A DNA stretch of 32,000 nucleotides. Source: an uncultured archaeon (lineage in GTDB: Archaea > Iainarchaeota > Iainarchaeia > Iainarchaeales > DATDZZ01). How positions within the stretch are numbered: the stretch's first letter is position 1; each line of letters begins with the position of its first letter. Positions 6,822 through 14,239 of the stretch are shown here, piece after piece. The notes under the pieces are model-generated. The model had not been told where the DNA came from. It did not search any database and saw only the letters and a list, made by a program, of their open reading frames with translations. The DNA lies in assembly GCA_964373795.1 (NCBI GenBank), contig CAYJVY010000006.1, forward strand, positions 60,001 to 92,000, given 5' to 3'. The position numbers were made by a program, and so were the translations under genes.

Positions 6822-7418
6822 GGAGGGGAAAAAATCAAAAGAAATATTTTTTGGATAGTATTGTTACTGATTTTAGCATCTCAAATAGTTTTTTCAAGCA
6901 TTTTAGGAATGCCTTTTACATTTAATGGCACTAATGCAGAGGCTTCTCTAGAAATTATTCATGCAAATTTTCCCACTTATGTTGGCTCAATAGTTGCATT
7001 TAGTGGTCCTGGTTATAATGCAAATGTAAGCGAAGTAACAGGCCAGCCAGGAGTTCTTCAAGTTAATGAAGTTAAATTCAAGCCATTAGTAATTGAAAAA
7101 AAGATTCAACCTTTTATGATTAAACAAGCTCAAACAGAGAACACTGCACAATACACAATAGATAATGTAATTACAACAGATAACTCTTTATGGGCACTAG
7201 CTTCAAAAGTTTTCAAAAAAGAATTAACAAATGCAGATAAAAAAACAGTACATTTCCGTATAGCTACCATTGGTCCTGGAACAAGAAGTGAAAAATATAT
7301 ATTGGAAAAATCTTTCCCTGTTTCTTGGGAGTTATCAGATATAAGAATAAATCAAAACCTCGAAGTAACTGAAAAATACAGCTTTGTTTACGAAAACCTT
7401 GAAAGACAAACAACATAA
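6822..7418 (+). CDS. Hypothetical protein with possible phage tail tube (gp19/CIS tube-like) similarity; start codon uncertain (TTG 6822, TTG 6861 or ATG 6909)
   Basis: The C-terminus KYILEKSFPVSWELSDIRINQNLEVTEKYSFVYENLE fits my remembered tail-tube consensus (..W.L.nAWPvky.gpdLnA..nevaiEelelaheglE) with the same spacing. Two further segments fit it, NVSEVTG and ITTDNSLWAL. The frame is open back to 6819, which would add a signal-like MEGKIKKRNIFWIVLLLILASQIVFSSILG. Confidence 0.45.
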   Translation, partial: GGEKIKRNIFWIVLLLILASQIVFSSILGMPFTFNGTNAEASLEIIHANFPTYVGSIVAFSGPGYNANVSEVTGQPGVLQVNEVKFKPLVIEKKIQPFMIKQAQTENTAQYTIDNVITTDNSLWALASKVFKKELTNADKKTVHFRIATIGPGTRSEKYILEKSFPVSWELSDIRINQNLEVTEKYSFVYENLERQTT

Positions 7419-7427
7419 AAAGGTTTT

Positions 7428-8075
7428 ATGAATCTTCAAATACTAAAACAAAAAAGTCATTTAATTATCATATGTATTTGGATTATTTTATTTTCATTTT
7501 TTGAATTAATCAAAGTTCAATTTTTTGCGTTGGATTTTTTTTCTTCAACTTTATTTTATTTTTTCGAATTTGCAGTTCTACCACTTGTTTTGATTTATTT
7601 ATTCAAACTCAAATTTTCAGAAAATGGCTTGACTTTAAATAACTGGAAATCTTCATTAAAGTTTTTTGCAATATTTTTTCTTTTAGCTTTGCCGATAATG
7701 TTTTTTGCTGCAAGAATGCCTGAATTTAATTCTTTTTATCCATTAATTAAAGAAGCAAAAACTAGTTGGCAAATATTTCTTGTAATGGAGTTTTTTATTT
7801 TACTCTCAATGTTTGCAACTGAATTCTTTTTTCGTGGATTTTTATATTTCAATTTAGAGAAAATTTTTGGCTGGCAGTTGGCTGTTGTTTTACAAGCAAT
7901 TCCATATGCTTTAACACATGTGGGAAAACCTTTTCTTGAAGTCCCTTATTCGTTTTTTGTTGGAATAATTTTTGCATTAATAGTTTATAGAACTCGCTCA
8001 ATTTTATTTCCATTAATGCTTCATTTTCTAGGATCAATGATATTTGATTTAATTATAATTTTTATACAAAACTAG
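7428..8075 (+). CDS. CPBP family intramembrane glutamic endopeptidase (CAAX protease / Abi-type)
   Basis: A multi-pass membrane protein with motif 1 TEFFFRGFLY, motif 2 IPYALTHV and motif 3 HFLGSMIFD. Confidence 0.8.
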   Translation: MNLQILKQKSHLIIICIWIILFSFFELIKVQFFALDFFSSTLFYFFEFAVLPLVLIYLFKLKFSENGLTLNNWKSSLKFFAIFFLLALPIMFFAARMPEFNSFYPLIKEAKTSWQIFLVMEFFILLSMFATEFFFRGFLYFNLEKIFGWQLAVVLQAIPYALTHVGKPFLEVPYSFFVGIIFALIVYRTRSILFPLMLHFLGSMIFDLIIIFIQN

Positions 8076-8617
8076 TCAACAATTTTATACCAATAACCCT
8101 TGAATTTTTTAAAACCAAATCTTTGAAAAATTCTTATAAAGGCAGGAGTTAGTTTTTGTGGTTTACCAATCAATAATCTTATTCCTCTTTCTTTTGCAAG
8201 ACTTAACATTGATTCATATAATTGCTTGCCAATTCCTTGTTCTCGAAAACCTTTTGTTACATTAACTGCTCTCCACCAATATGTGAATGGAGGCGTTTTA
8301 AGAAGTTCTTTAACAATTTTTTCAATACTTGGATGTTTTGATAACCATACTTTTCCTAACACTCTTCTTTTATTATGTAAATCTCTTAACGTAATTGTTG
8401 TAATTGGCGTTCTTTTATTTCTACTAGCGCCAAAGACTGATTTTCCTTGAGAGGTTCCTTTCAATTGAATTTTTTTTGCAGTAACATCTTCAACAAATTC
8501 CCCTACAAGTGTTTCTCCAATTATAAAAACTTGTCTAGCAGTTTCTCTTTGGCTTCCAACATATCTTACTGGAATAATTCTTTTACGTGCTCTTTGTCGC
8601 GGCCTTCTTTGAAGCAT
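8072..8617 (-). CDS. GNAT-type N-acetyltransferase domain with a ~100-aa Arg-rich N-terminal extension
   Basis: The C-terminal part WWRAVNVTKGFREQGIGKQLYESMLSLAKERGIRLL...FQRFGFKK contains the acetyl-CoA pyrophosphate-binding motif R/Q-x-x-G-x-G/A. The N-terminus reads MLQRRPRQRARKRIIPVRY. Confidence 0.6.
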   Translation of the reverse strand: MLQRRPRQRARKRIIPVRYVGSQRETARQVFIIGETLVGEFVEDVTAKKIQLKGTSQGKSVFGASRNKRTPITTITLRDLHNKRRVLGKVWLSKHPSIEKIVKELLKTPPFTYWWRAVNVTKGFREQGIGKQLYESMLSLAKERGIRLLIGKPQKLTPAFIRIFQRFGFKKFKGYWYKIVD

Positions 8618-8656
8618 TTTGTAACCTTAAATTTAAATAAATAGTTAACTTAAATC

Positions 8657-8668
8657 ATTTATATTAAT
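8657..8668 (-). promoter_or_regulatory. TATA-like box ATTTATATTAAT, identical to 2586-2597, 40-51 nt upstream of the GNAT-like ORF start
   Basis: It is an exact 12-mer match. It is followed at 8669-8683 by TTCTTTTGTTAACAT, one full copy of the unit of the 2636-2772 array. Confidence 0.45.
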
Positions 8669-8711
8669 TTCTTTTGTTAACATGCATATTTTTTGATTAA
8701 AAAAGATTAAA

Positions 8712-8795
8712 GCACGGGTACCGAAGCGGTTAAACGGACCGGACTCAAGATCCGGTGACTTAGTGTCTTCACAGGTTCAAATCCTGTCCCGTGCA
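8712..8795 (+). tRNA. tRNA-Leu (anticodon CAA), class II, no encoded CCA
   Basis: The acceptor stem pairs GCACGGG with CCCGTGC, followed by A. The anticodon stem-loop is CCGGA-CTCAAGA-TCCGG. The T arm is ACAGG-TTCAAAT-CCTGT, and the variable arm is long. Confidence 0.9.
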
Positions 8796-9077
8796 TTTTG
8801 AAGTTTATGAATAAAGAAAATAGTATTTTGCGTTTTGTTTCACTTGATTTGTTTAGAACTCTAATAATTTTAGCATTCCTTTTTTTCAATCTCCTGGAAA
8901 TTTTTGTTTCACAAGAAAAAATTCCTCTTTTTTTTAAAACACAATCAAGGACAAATTTTATTGCCAGTTAATTTAATTGCACCTTCATTTGCATTCATTA
9001 TTGGAGCTGCATTATTTGTTACATTTTTAAGTAAAAATTCTTTACTGCTTTGGATTTCGCAATTCGATTGGATTTTT

Positions 9078-9878
9078 TTAAGTCAAAAAATTAGCATGCT
9101 TTTTTTCCAAGAAAAAAATTAGTTCAGTTGCCAAATCAATTCCTGAATTAGCTTTTTGAAATTTCTCAAAATTTGGTTGAAAAGAAATATTTGAAACAAA
9201 ATGGTTTTCATTTGAATCAACTTTAAATGAAATGCTTGCAAAATCAAAAGAATAGTTCAGTAAAAAGTTTGTTGAAAGCTCAATTAAATTGCTTGAAAGT
9301 TTTTGGCCTTTAATTTTATTAGTTGTAATTGAAGTTGCGCACACAACTTTGGATCCTATAGCAAGGCATTCAATTTCTTTTTCATAATCCAGTCGTTCTT
9401 GAATTAAATATCTATTAGTTGAACTGAGTTTTTTGATTATTGAATCAAATTCATTTAGTTTGACTGCATTAATTTCAGTTGAATCGTTTGCTCCAAAAAT
9501 ATTAATTTCATTGTTTTGAAATGATTCAATTAATTCGTTTAACTTTAATTTACTGAATTTAGGCATATCTAATACTATTGTCTTTGGAATCAATACATTT
9601 GATTTTTTTGATAAAATATATAATTCATATTTTGTTGGATTGATTTTCAAAACATTTTTGTTTGCAAGAAAAGTTGTAAATGAAAGATTATTCAAAACTG
9701 CATTTATTTTTTCAAAACTAGTTGGAGATTCAATTATTACTGAATTAGGCGAATACTCTTCGAGTTTGTTTAAATCTTTTTCAAGAATAAAGTCGAAAAT
9801 ATGTTCTCTTTCCTCAGCAGTTTTAATTAGTTTTTTATGAAAAGAATTTAATTCTTTTGAAATCCATAAAATTTTCAT
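9078..9878 (-). CDS. ATP-grasp-fold-like protein (RimK/LysX-like), divergent
   Basis: Three segments follow the RimK-type layout in order: IPKTIVLD, then YLIQERLDYEKEIECLAIGSKVVCA, then FDFASISFKVDSNENHFVSNISFQPNFEKFQKANSGIDLATELIFFL. The glycine-rich ATP loop is poorly conserved. Confidence 0.4.
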   Translation of the reverse strand: MKILWISKELNSFHKKLIKTAEEREHIFDFILEKDLNKLEEYSPNSVIIESPTSFEKINAVLNNLSFTTFLANKNVLKINPTKYELYILSKKSNVLIPKTIVLDMPKFSKLKLNELIESFQNNEINIFGANDSTEINAVKLNEFDSIIKKLSSTNRYLIQERLDYEKEIECLAIGSKVVCATSITTNKIKGQKLSSNLIELSTNFLLNYSFDFASISFKVDSNENHFVSNISFQPNFEKFQKANSGIDLATELIFFLEKKHANFLT

Positions 9879-9887
9879 TTTAACACT

Positions 9888-10220
9888 TTAAGGTTTTTTT
9901 TGAGTTTTAAGTTCAGAGTACAAAGAAGTTAAAAGCGCTTTTCGTTGATCTATTAAACCTCTAGGAATTTGTTGTCCGCGAGATTGTAAAACTAATAATT
10001 CGCTTTCAACTTTTTTTAAGTTTAAAAAAATTGAATGCGCACGAGACCCTTTTTCAACTGCATGACTTTCATGTCCAAATCTTCCTAAAAAATTAATTCC
10101 AACCTTTTCAATTTTTGGAGGCATTGCAGCTTGGCGTCTTTTTTCAGCCTCTACAAATATTTGAGCAAACGCTCTAAATCGACGAGTTGTTGGTTCTCTT
10201 CTTGCAGCAAGTATAGGCAT
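9888..10220 (-). CDS. Hypothetical small protein with an Arg-rich N-terminus
   Basis: A 110-aa ORF opening MPILAARREPTTRRFRAFAQIF. It sits tightly between ribL (24-nt gap) and the ATP-grasp-like ORF (9-nt gap) on the same strand. Confidence 0.45.
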   Translation of the reverse strand: MPILAARREPTTRRFRAFAQIFVEAEKRRQAAMPPKIEKVGINFLGRFGHESHAVEKGSRAHSIFLNLKKVESELLVLQSRGQQIPRGLIDQRKALLTSLYSELKTQKKP

Positions 10221-10244
10221 ACTAATAAATTGTTTTTGAATTAT

Positions 10245-10673
10245 TTAATTCTTTTGATTTTTTATTTTTTCTTTAATTTTACTTGTTTTATGAATTTCAG
10301 GTTTAAAAGGACTTAATCTAATGATTTGAGTTCGGCAATTGTTTTCTTTTAAGAATTGAATTAATTTTTTTTCATCAACTCTTTGATCATACCCTAGAGC
10401 AATAATGTCTGGATTAATTTCAAGAACTGTTTTAAAAATCTCTTTTTTTCTGCCTAAAACAGCGTTGTCCACAACTTTTAACTCTTTAATTAATTGAAGT
10501 CTATGTAATTCGGAATTAGAGGGATAAAATCCTTTAATTTTTTTAACATTTTCATCTCTTGCAATTACTACTATTAATTTACTTCCAAGTTCTTTGGCTC
10601 GTTTTAAGTATTGCAAATGCCCTGGATGAAGTAAATCAAATGTCCCAAAAGCTAGTACTGTTTTTTCATTCAT
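10245..10673 (-). CDS. ribL: Archaeal FAD synthetase (FMN adenylyltransferase), cytidylyltransferase-like fold
   Basis: The sequence VLAFGTFDLLHPGHLQYLKRAKELGSKLIVVIARDENVKKIKG carries the HxGH nucleotidyltransferase motif. At 142 aa, its size and sequence pattern match RibL of methanogens. Confidence 0.75.
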   Translation of the reverse strand: MNEKTVLAFGTFDLLHPGHLQYLKRAKELGSKLIVVIARDENVKKIKGFYPSNSELHRLQLIKELKVVDNAVLGRKKEIFKTVLEINPDIIALGYDQRVDEKKLIQFLKENNCRTQIIRLSPFKPEIHKTSKIKEKIKNQKN

Positions 10674-10755
10674 TTTTTTGCCTTGAATTTTTAGTAAAAC
10701 AATTGTACTGGAAATAATTTAAATTGATTGTTATTATTTCAGTTAAAGTGATTTA

Positions 10756-11724
10756 ATGGATTTAGAGGAAAAACTTGCTTTAATTAAAAGAAACACTGTT
10801 GAATTAATTGAGGAAAAAGAATTAACTGAAATTCTTCAAACAAAGTCAAATCCAGTAACTTATTGCGGGTATGAACCAAGCGGGGAAATGCATTTAGGGC
10901 ATTTTGTTACTTTAACTAAATTAGTTGACTTGGAGAAAGCAGGGTTTAAAGTAAAAGTTTTACTTGCTGACTGGCATGCATGGTTAAACAAAAAAGGTTC
11001 TTGGGAGCAAATTCATGAAATTGCAAAAGTTTGGGAAAAAGCATTCAAAGCATTGGGGTTGAAAAATGCTGAATATGTTTTAGGATCAAGTTTTCAACGA
11101 AAAAATGAATACTTGGATGATGTTTTAACTCTGGCATTGAATACAACTGTTAATCGTTCAATTCGTTCAATGCAAGAAGTTGCAAGAGACGTTGAAAATG
11201 CAACTGTTTCTCAAATGATTTACCCCTTAATGCAAATAACTGACATTAAATACTTAAAAGTAGATGTAACAGAGGCAGGAATAGAGCAAAGAAAAATTCA
11301 CATGCTTGGAAGAGAAATAATGGAAAAAATTAATTATCCAAAGCCTTGTTTAGTTCATACTCCTTTAATTAATTCCTTGCTTGGCCCTGGAAAAAAAATG
11401 AGTTCCTCCGAACCAAATTCACTTATAAGTGTTCGAGATTCCGAACAAGACGTTTTAAAGAAAATCAATAAAGCTTATTGCCCTGAAGGCATAACTGAAA
11501 ACAATCCTGTTCTAGAAATAACTAAGTTAATTATTTTTCCAAGAATTAAATCTTTTGAAGTTTCTCGCCCAGAAAAATTTGGAGGAAATGTTTCCTTTGA
11601 AAACTTTACTGAGTTAGAAAAAGCTTTTGCTGAAAAAAAGTTGCATCCAATGGATTTAAAAAATACAGTTTCAAAATATTTGCTAGAAATATTAGAACCA
11701 GTAAGAAAGGCATTCAATAATTAA
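10756..11724 (+). CDS. tyrS: Tyrosyl-tRNA synthetase, short archaeal type
   Basis: The YCGYEPSGEMHLGHF segment carries the HIGH motif and KMSSS is the KMSKS-type motif. At 322 aa it lacks a bacterial C-terminal S4 domain. Confidence 0.93.
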   Translation: MDLEEKLALIKRNTVELIEEKELTEILQTKSNPVTYCGYEPSGEMHLGHFVTLTKLVDLEKAGFKVKVLLADWHAWLNKKGSWEQIHEIAKVWEKAFKALGLKNAEYVLGSSFQRKNEYLDDVLTLALNTTVNRSIRSMQEVARDVENATVSQMIYPLMQITDIKYLKVDVTEAGIEQRKIHMLGREIMEKINYPKPCLVHTPLINSLLGPGKKMSSSEPNSLISVRDSEQDVLKKINKAYCPEGITENNPVLEITKLIIFPRIKSFEVSRPEKFGGNVSFENFTELEKAFAEKKLHPMDLKNTVSKYLLEILEPVRKAFNN

Positions 11725-11767
11725 AAAAGGTTTAAATAGTAGTTTACCTATTATTTTTTCGATTAAA

Positions 11768-12415
11768 ATGAATTTATTCAACTTATTTGTTAACCCTAGA
11801 CAGGCAGTGAAGGATTCTCTTTCAAATCCAAATACGGCATTAATTGGAGTATTATTAATCGCACATGTATTGGTTGGATTAATAATTTTTGTTTTAAGAG
11901 GTTTAACGCTTAACTTGGTTCAAAGCGTTTTGCAAGTCGTTAACTCAATTATATTGGTTTTAGTTTTAACAGTTATAGTTTATTTTTTTTCAAAGTTTTC
12001 CAAGCAACAAAAATCTTTAATTGATCGAAACAAATTATTTTTAGGTTTAATTCAAGCTTTTGCTTTAACTTTTTTCTATATTTTACTTGGAACAATTTTT
12101 TATGGAGTTCCAATTTTGTTGTTGAATAAAGAATTAGCAAAACCAATTCAAGATGCAACTGCTGGAACTATTACTTCTCAAGAATTATTTACTGTGTTAG
12201 ACAGCAAGCTTTCAACTGAAAGTACTTTCCCATTATCAATTATTTTAGGAGCATCACTTGTATTAATTTCATTAATGTTTTTGTATATTCTTTATCTATG
12301 GTATTTAGTGGTTTCTGAAACCCTTCAAGCAGGGTTTGTGAAGAATATTATTTTCTTTGTAATACTGTTATTGCTTGGATACCTTGTAATGGCTTTAAAG
12401 GGATTCTTATTCTAG
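11768..12415 (+). CDS. Multi-pass membrane protein, possibly Yip1-family
   Basis: A 215-aa ORF with about 5 hydrophobic helices. The N-terminus MNLFNLFVNPRQAVKDSL is typical of Yip1-domain proteins, but the family assignment is weak. Confidence 0.5.
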   Translation: MNLFNLFVNPRQAVKDSLSNPNTALIGVLLIAHVLVGLIIFVLRGLTLNLVQSVLQVVNSIILVLVLTVIVYFFSKFSKQQKSLIDRNKLFLGLIQAFALTFFYILLGTIFYGVPILLLNKELAKPIQDATAGTITSQELFTVLDSKLSTESTFPLSIILGASLVLISLMFLYILYLWYLVVSETLQAGFVKNIIFFVILLLLGYLVMALKGFLF

Positions 12416-12511
12416 TTAAGCTTTAAATAAATGCAAAAATTGAAACAAAAAATATAAATACTTGTTTTACTGGTAAAATATTATTTAATATTACTGAAAA
12501 GGCGATTAAAC

Positions 12512-12709
12512 ATGAAAGTGAAATGCCCTGGATGTGAAGAACGATTTGATGTAGACAAAAATGAATATGATGAAGACGATGTATTAGATTGCCCTGAATG
12601 CGAGGAAACCTTGATTTTAAAGGTTAAAGGTGGAAAATTTGTAGCCAAACTAGATAAAGAAAAATATGATGAAGATCTAGAAGATTATTACAATGAAGAA
12701 GACGAATAA
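12512..12709 (+). CDS. Small zinc-ribbon protein with an acidic C-terminal tail, LysW-like architecture
   Basis: The sequence is MKVKCPGCEERFDVDKNEYDEDDVLDCPECEETLILKVKGGKFVAKL followed by DKEKYDEDLEDYYNEEDE. It has two CxxC pairs and a terminal Glu, as in the amino-group carrier protein LysW, but it lacks the EDWGE motif. Confidence 0.5.
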   Translation: MKVKCPGCEERFDVDKNEYDEDDVLDCPECEETLILKVKGGKFVAKLDKEKYDEDLEDYYNEEDE

Positions 12710-12766
12710 GCCTTTAATGCAAGAATTAATTTTAGCTATTCTTTTATTATAACTTTTATTCCTTTC

Positions 12767-12780
12767 TTATTTTAATTTAC
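12767..12780 (+). promoter_or_regulatory. TATA-like AT box centred about 24 nt upstream of the cysS ATG
   Basis: The box reads CTTATTTTAATTTAC. The spacing is consistent with a leaderless transcript. Confidence 0.35.
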
Positions 12781-12796
12781 ATTTAAGTTGATTTAA

Positions 12797-14191
12797 ATGA
12801 GTTTTGAAATATTTAATTCTCTTTCAAAGAAAAAAGAAGAATTCAAGCCATTAGAAGAAAATGAAGTAAAGATGTATGTTTGTGGACCCACAGTTTATGG
12901 TCCAGGCCATATAGGTCATGCAAAAACGTATACTGCTTTTGATATTATTAGAAGATATTTGGAATACTCTGGATTTAAAGTTAAATTTGTTGTAAACCTT
13001 ACTGATGTGCATGATGACATGATTTCAAAAGCAAACGAACAAGGAATAACTATTTTTGAATTAGCTGAAAAAAACATTAAGCTTTTTTTTAAAGACATGG
13101 ATGAATTAGGAATTAAAAAAGCAGATATTAATCCAAGGGTAACTGAAACCATTCCTGAAATAATTGAACTGGTTAAAACCTTGCAAGAAAAAGGTTTTGC
13201 CTATGAAACAGAAGACGGAGTTTATTTTAATGTACAAAAGTTTAAAGATTATGGAAAACTAGCAGGAATTAAAATTGAAAAAACTTTAACTGGAACAAGA
13301 GTTAAAACAGATAAATATGATAAAGAAAATGTTCAAGACTTTGCTTTATGGAAAAAACAAAAACTCGGAGAACCTTTTTGGGAAAGTCCTTGGGGAAGAG
13401 GCAGACCTGGATGGCATATTGAATGTTCTGCCATGAGTAAAAAGCACTTAGGAGAACAAATAGATATTCACGGAGGCGCAGTTGACTTAATTTTTCCACA
13501 TCATCAAAACGAAATAGCTCAAAGCGAAGCTGCTAGCGGGAAAAAACCTTTTGTAAAATATTGGTTGCATTCAGGGTTTCTAAATGTTGAAGGAGAAAAA
13601 ATGTCTAAAAGTTTGGGAAACTATATCGAGATTCCAAAGCTTTTAGAAAAATACGATCCAAAAGTTTTCAGATTTTTTGTTGCAGGAATTCATTATAGAA
13701 GCCCAATTGATTTCACTGATTCAGCAATGCAAATAGCCAAAAAAACTCTTGAAAAATTAAATGACTTCATTAGAAGAATGCACGAAATTCAAAACGAAAA
13801 AAATAATTCCAAAATAATTGAATTAATTACTGAAACCAGAAAAAAGTTCATTAAAGAAATGAATGAAGACTTTAATACTCCTAATGCGTGGGCAACAATA
13901 TTTGATTTTGTTTCAACAATAAATAAATTTGAAGCTGAAAATAACTTAAGTAAAAAAGATGCTGAACAAGTGATGGATTTTATGAAAGAATTAGACACAA
14001 TCTTTAAGGTTTTTAATTTTGAACAAAAAAATGAATTAGATAAAGAAGTTGAAGAATTAATTCAGAAAAGAGAAGAATTTAGAAAACAAAAAAAGTTTTC
14101 AGAAGCAGATGAAATTCGTGCACAATTAACTGCAAAAGGAATTCAATTGCTTGACACTCCTGAAGGAGTTAAATGGAAAAAAATAAGTTAA
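12797..14191 (+). CDS. cysS: Cysteinyl-tRNA synthetase
   Basis: It has CGPTVYGPGHIGHAKTY (HIGH), WHIECS, the HGGAVDLIFPHHQNE segment and KMSKSLGN. Confidence 0.95.
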   Translation: MSFEIFNSLSKKKEEFKPLEENEVKMYVCGPTVYGPGHIGHAKTYTAFDIIRRYLEYSGFKVKFVVNLTDVHDDMISKANEQGITIFELAEKNIKLFFKDMDELGIKKADINPRVTETIPEIIELVKTLQEKGFAYETEDGVYFNVQKFKDYGKLAGIKIEKTLTGTRVKTDKYDKENVQDFALWKKQKLGEPFWESPWGRGRPGWHIECSAMSKKHLGEQIDIHGGAVDLIFPHHQNEIAQSEAASGKKPFVKYWLHSGFLNVEGEKMSKSLGNYIEIPKLLEKYDPKVFRFFVAGIHYRSPIDFTDSAMQIAKKTLEKLNDFIRRMHEIQNEKNNSKIIELITETRKKFIKEMNEDFNTPNAWATIFDFVSTINKFEAENNLSKKDAEQVMDFMKELDTIFKVFNFEQKNELDKEVEELIQKREEFRKQKKFSEADEIRAQLTAKGIQLLDTPEGVKWKKIS

Positions 14192-14239
14192 ATATCAAGC
14201 AAATAATTAAATACATTAAAAACCATTTTTTTAGTTATT

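Noticed and set aside
6626-6860. Possible ncRNA or repeat in the GC-richer spacer after the ABC ATPase (TTCTTAAACA occurs twice, about 35 bp apart)
   Set aside because: It is a short 10-bp repeat, and I could find no convincing conserved stem-loop structure by eye. It is more likely decayed coding remnant from the acquired fragment.
8707-8889. 60-aa minus-strand ORF overlapping tRNA-Leu
   Set aside because: It is antisense to a well-formed tRNA-Leu(CAA) cloverleaf. The tRNA explains the sequence conservation and the G+C.
8807-9122. Two overlapping small hydrophobic ORFs downstream of tRNA-Leu (about 56 aa from the ATG at 8807, and the tracked 72 aa at 8904-9122) that might be one frameshifted small membrane protein joined at a T8 run
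   Set aside because: T-rich DNA yields hydrophobic translations by chance. There is no recognisable family. The second ORF overlaps the 3' end of the 9078-9878 gene. The evidence is too weak to annotate.
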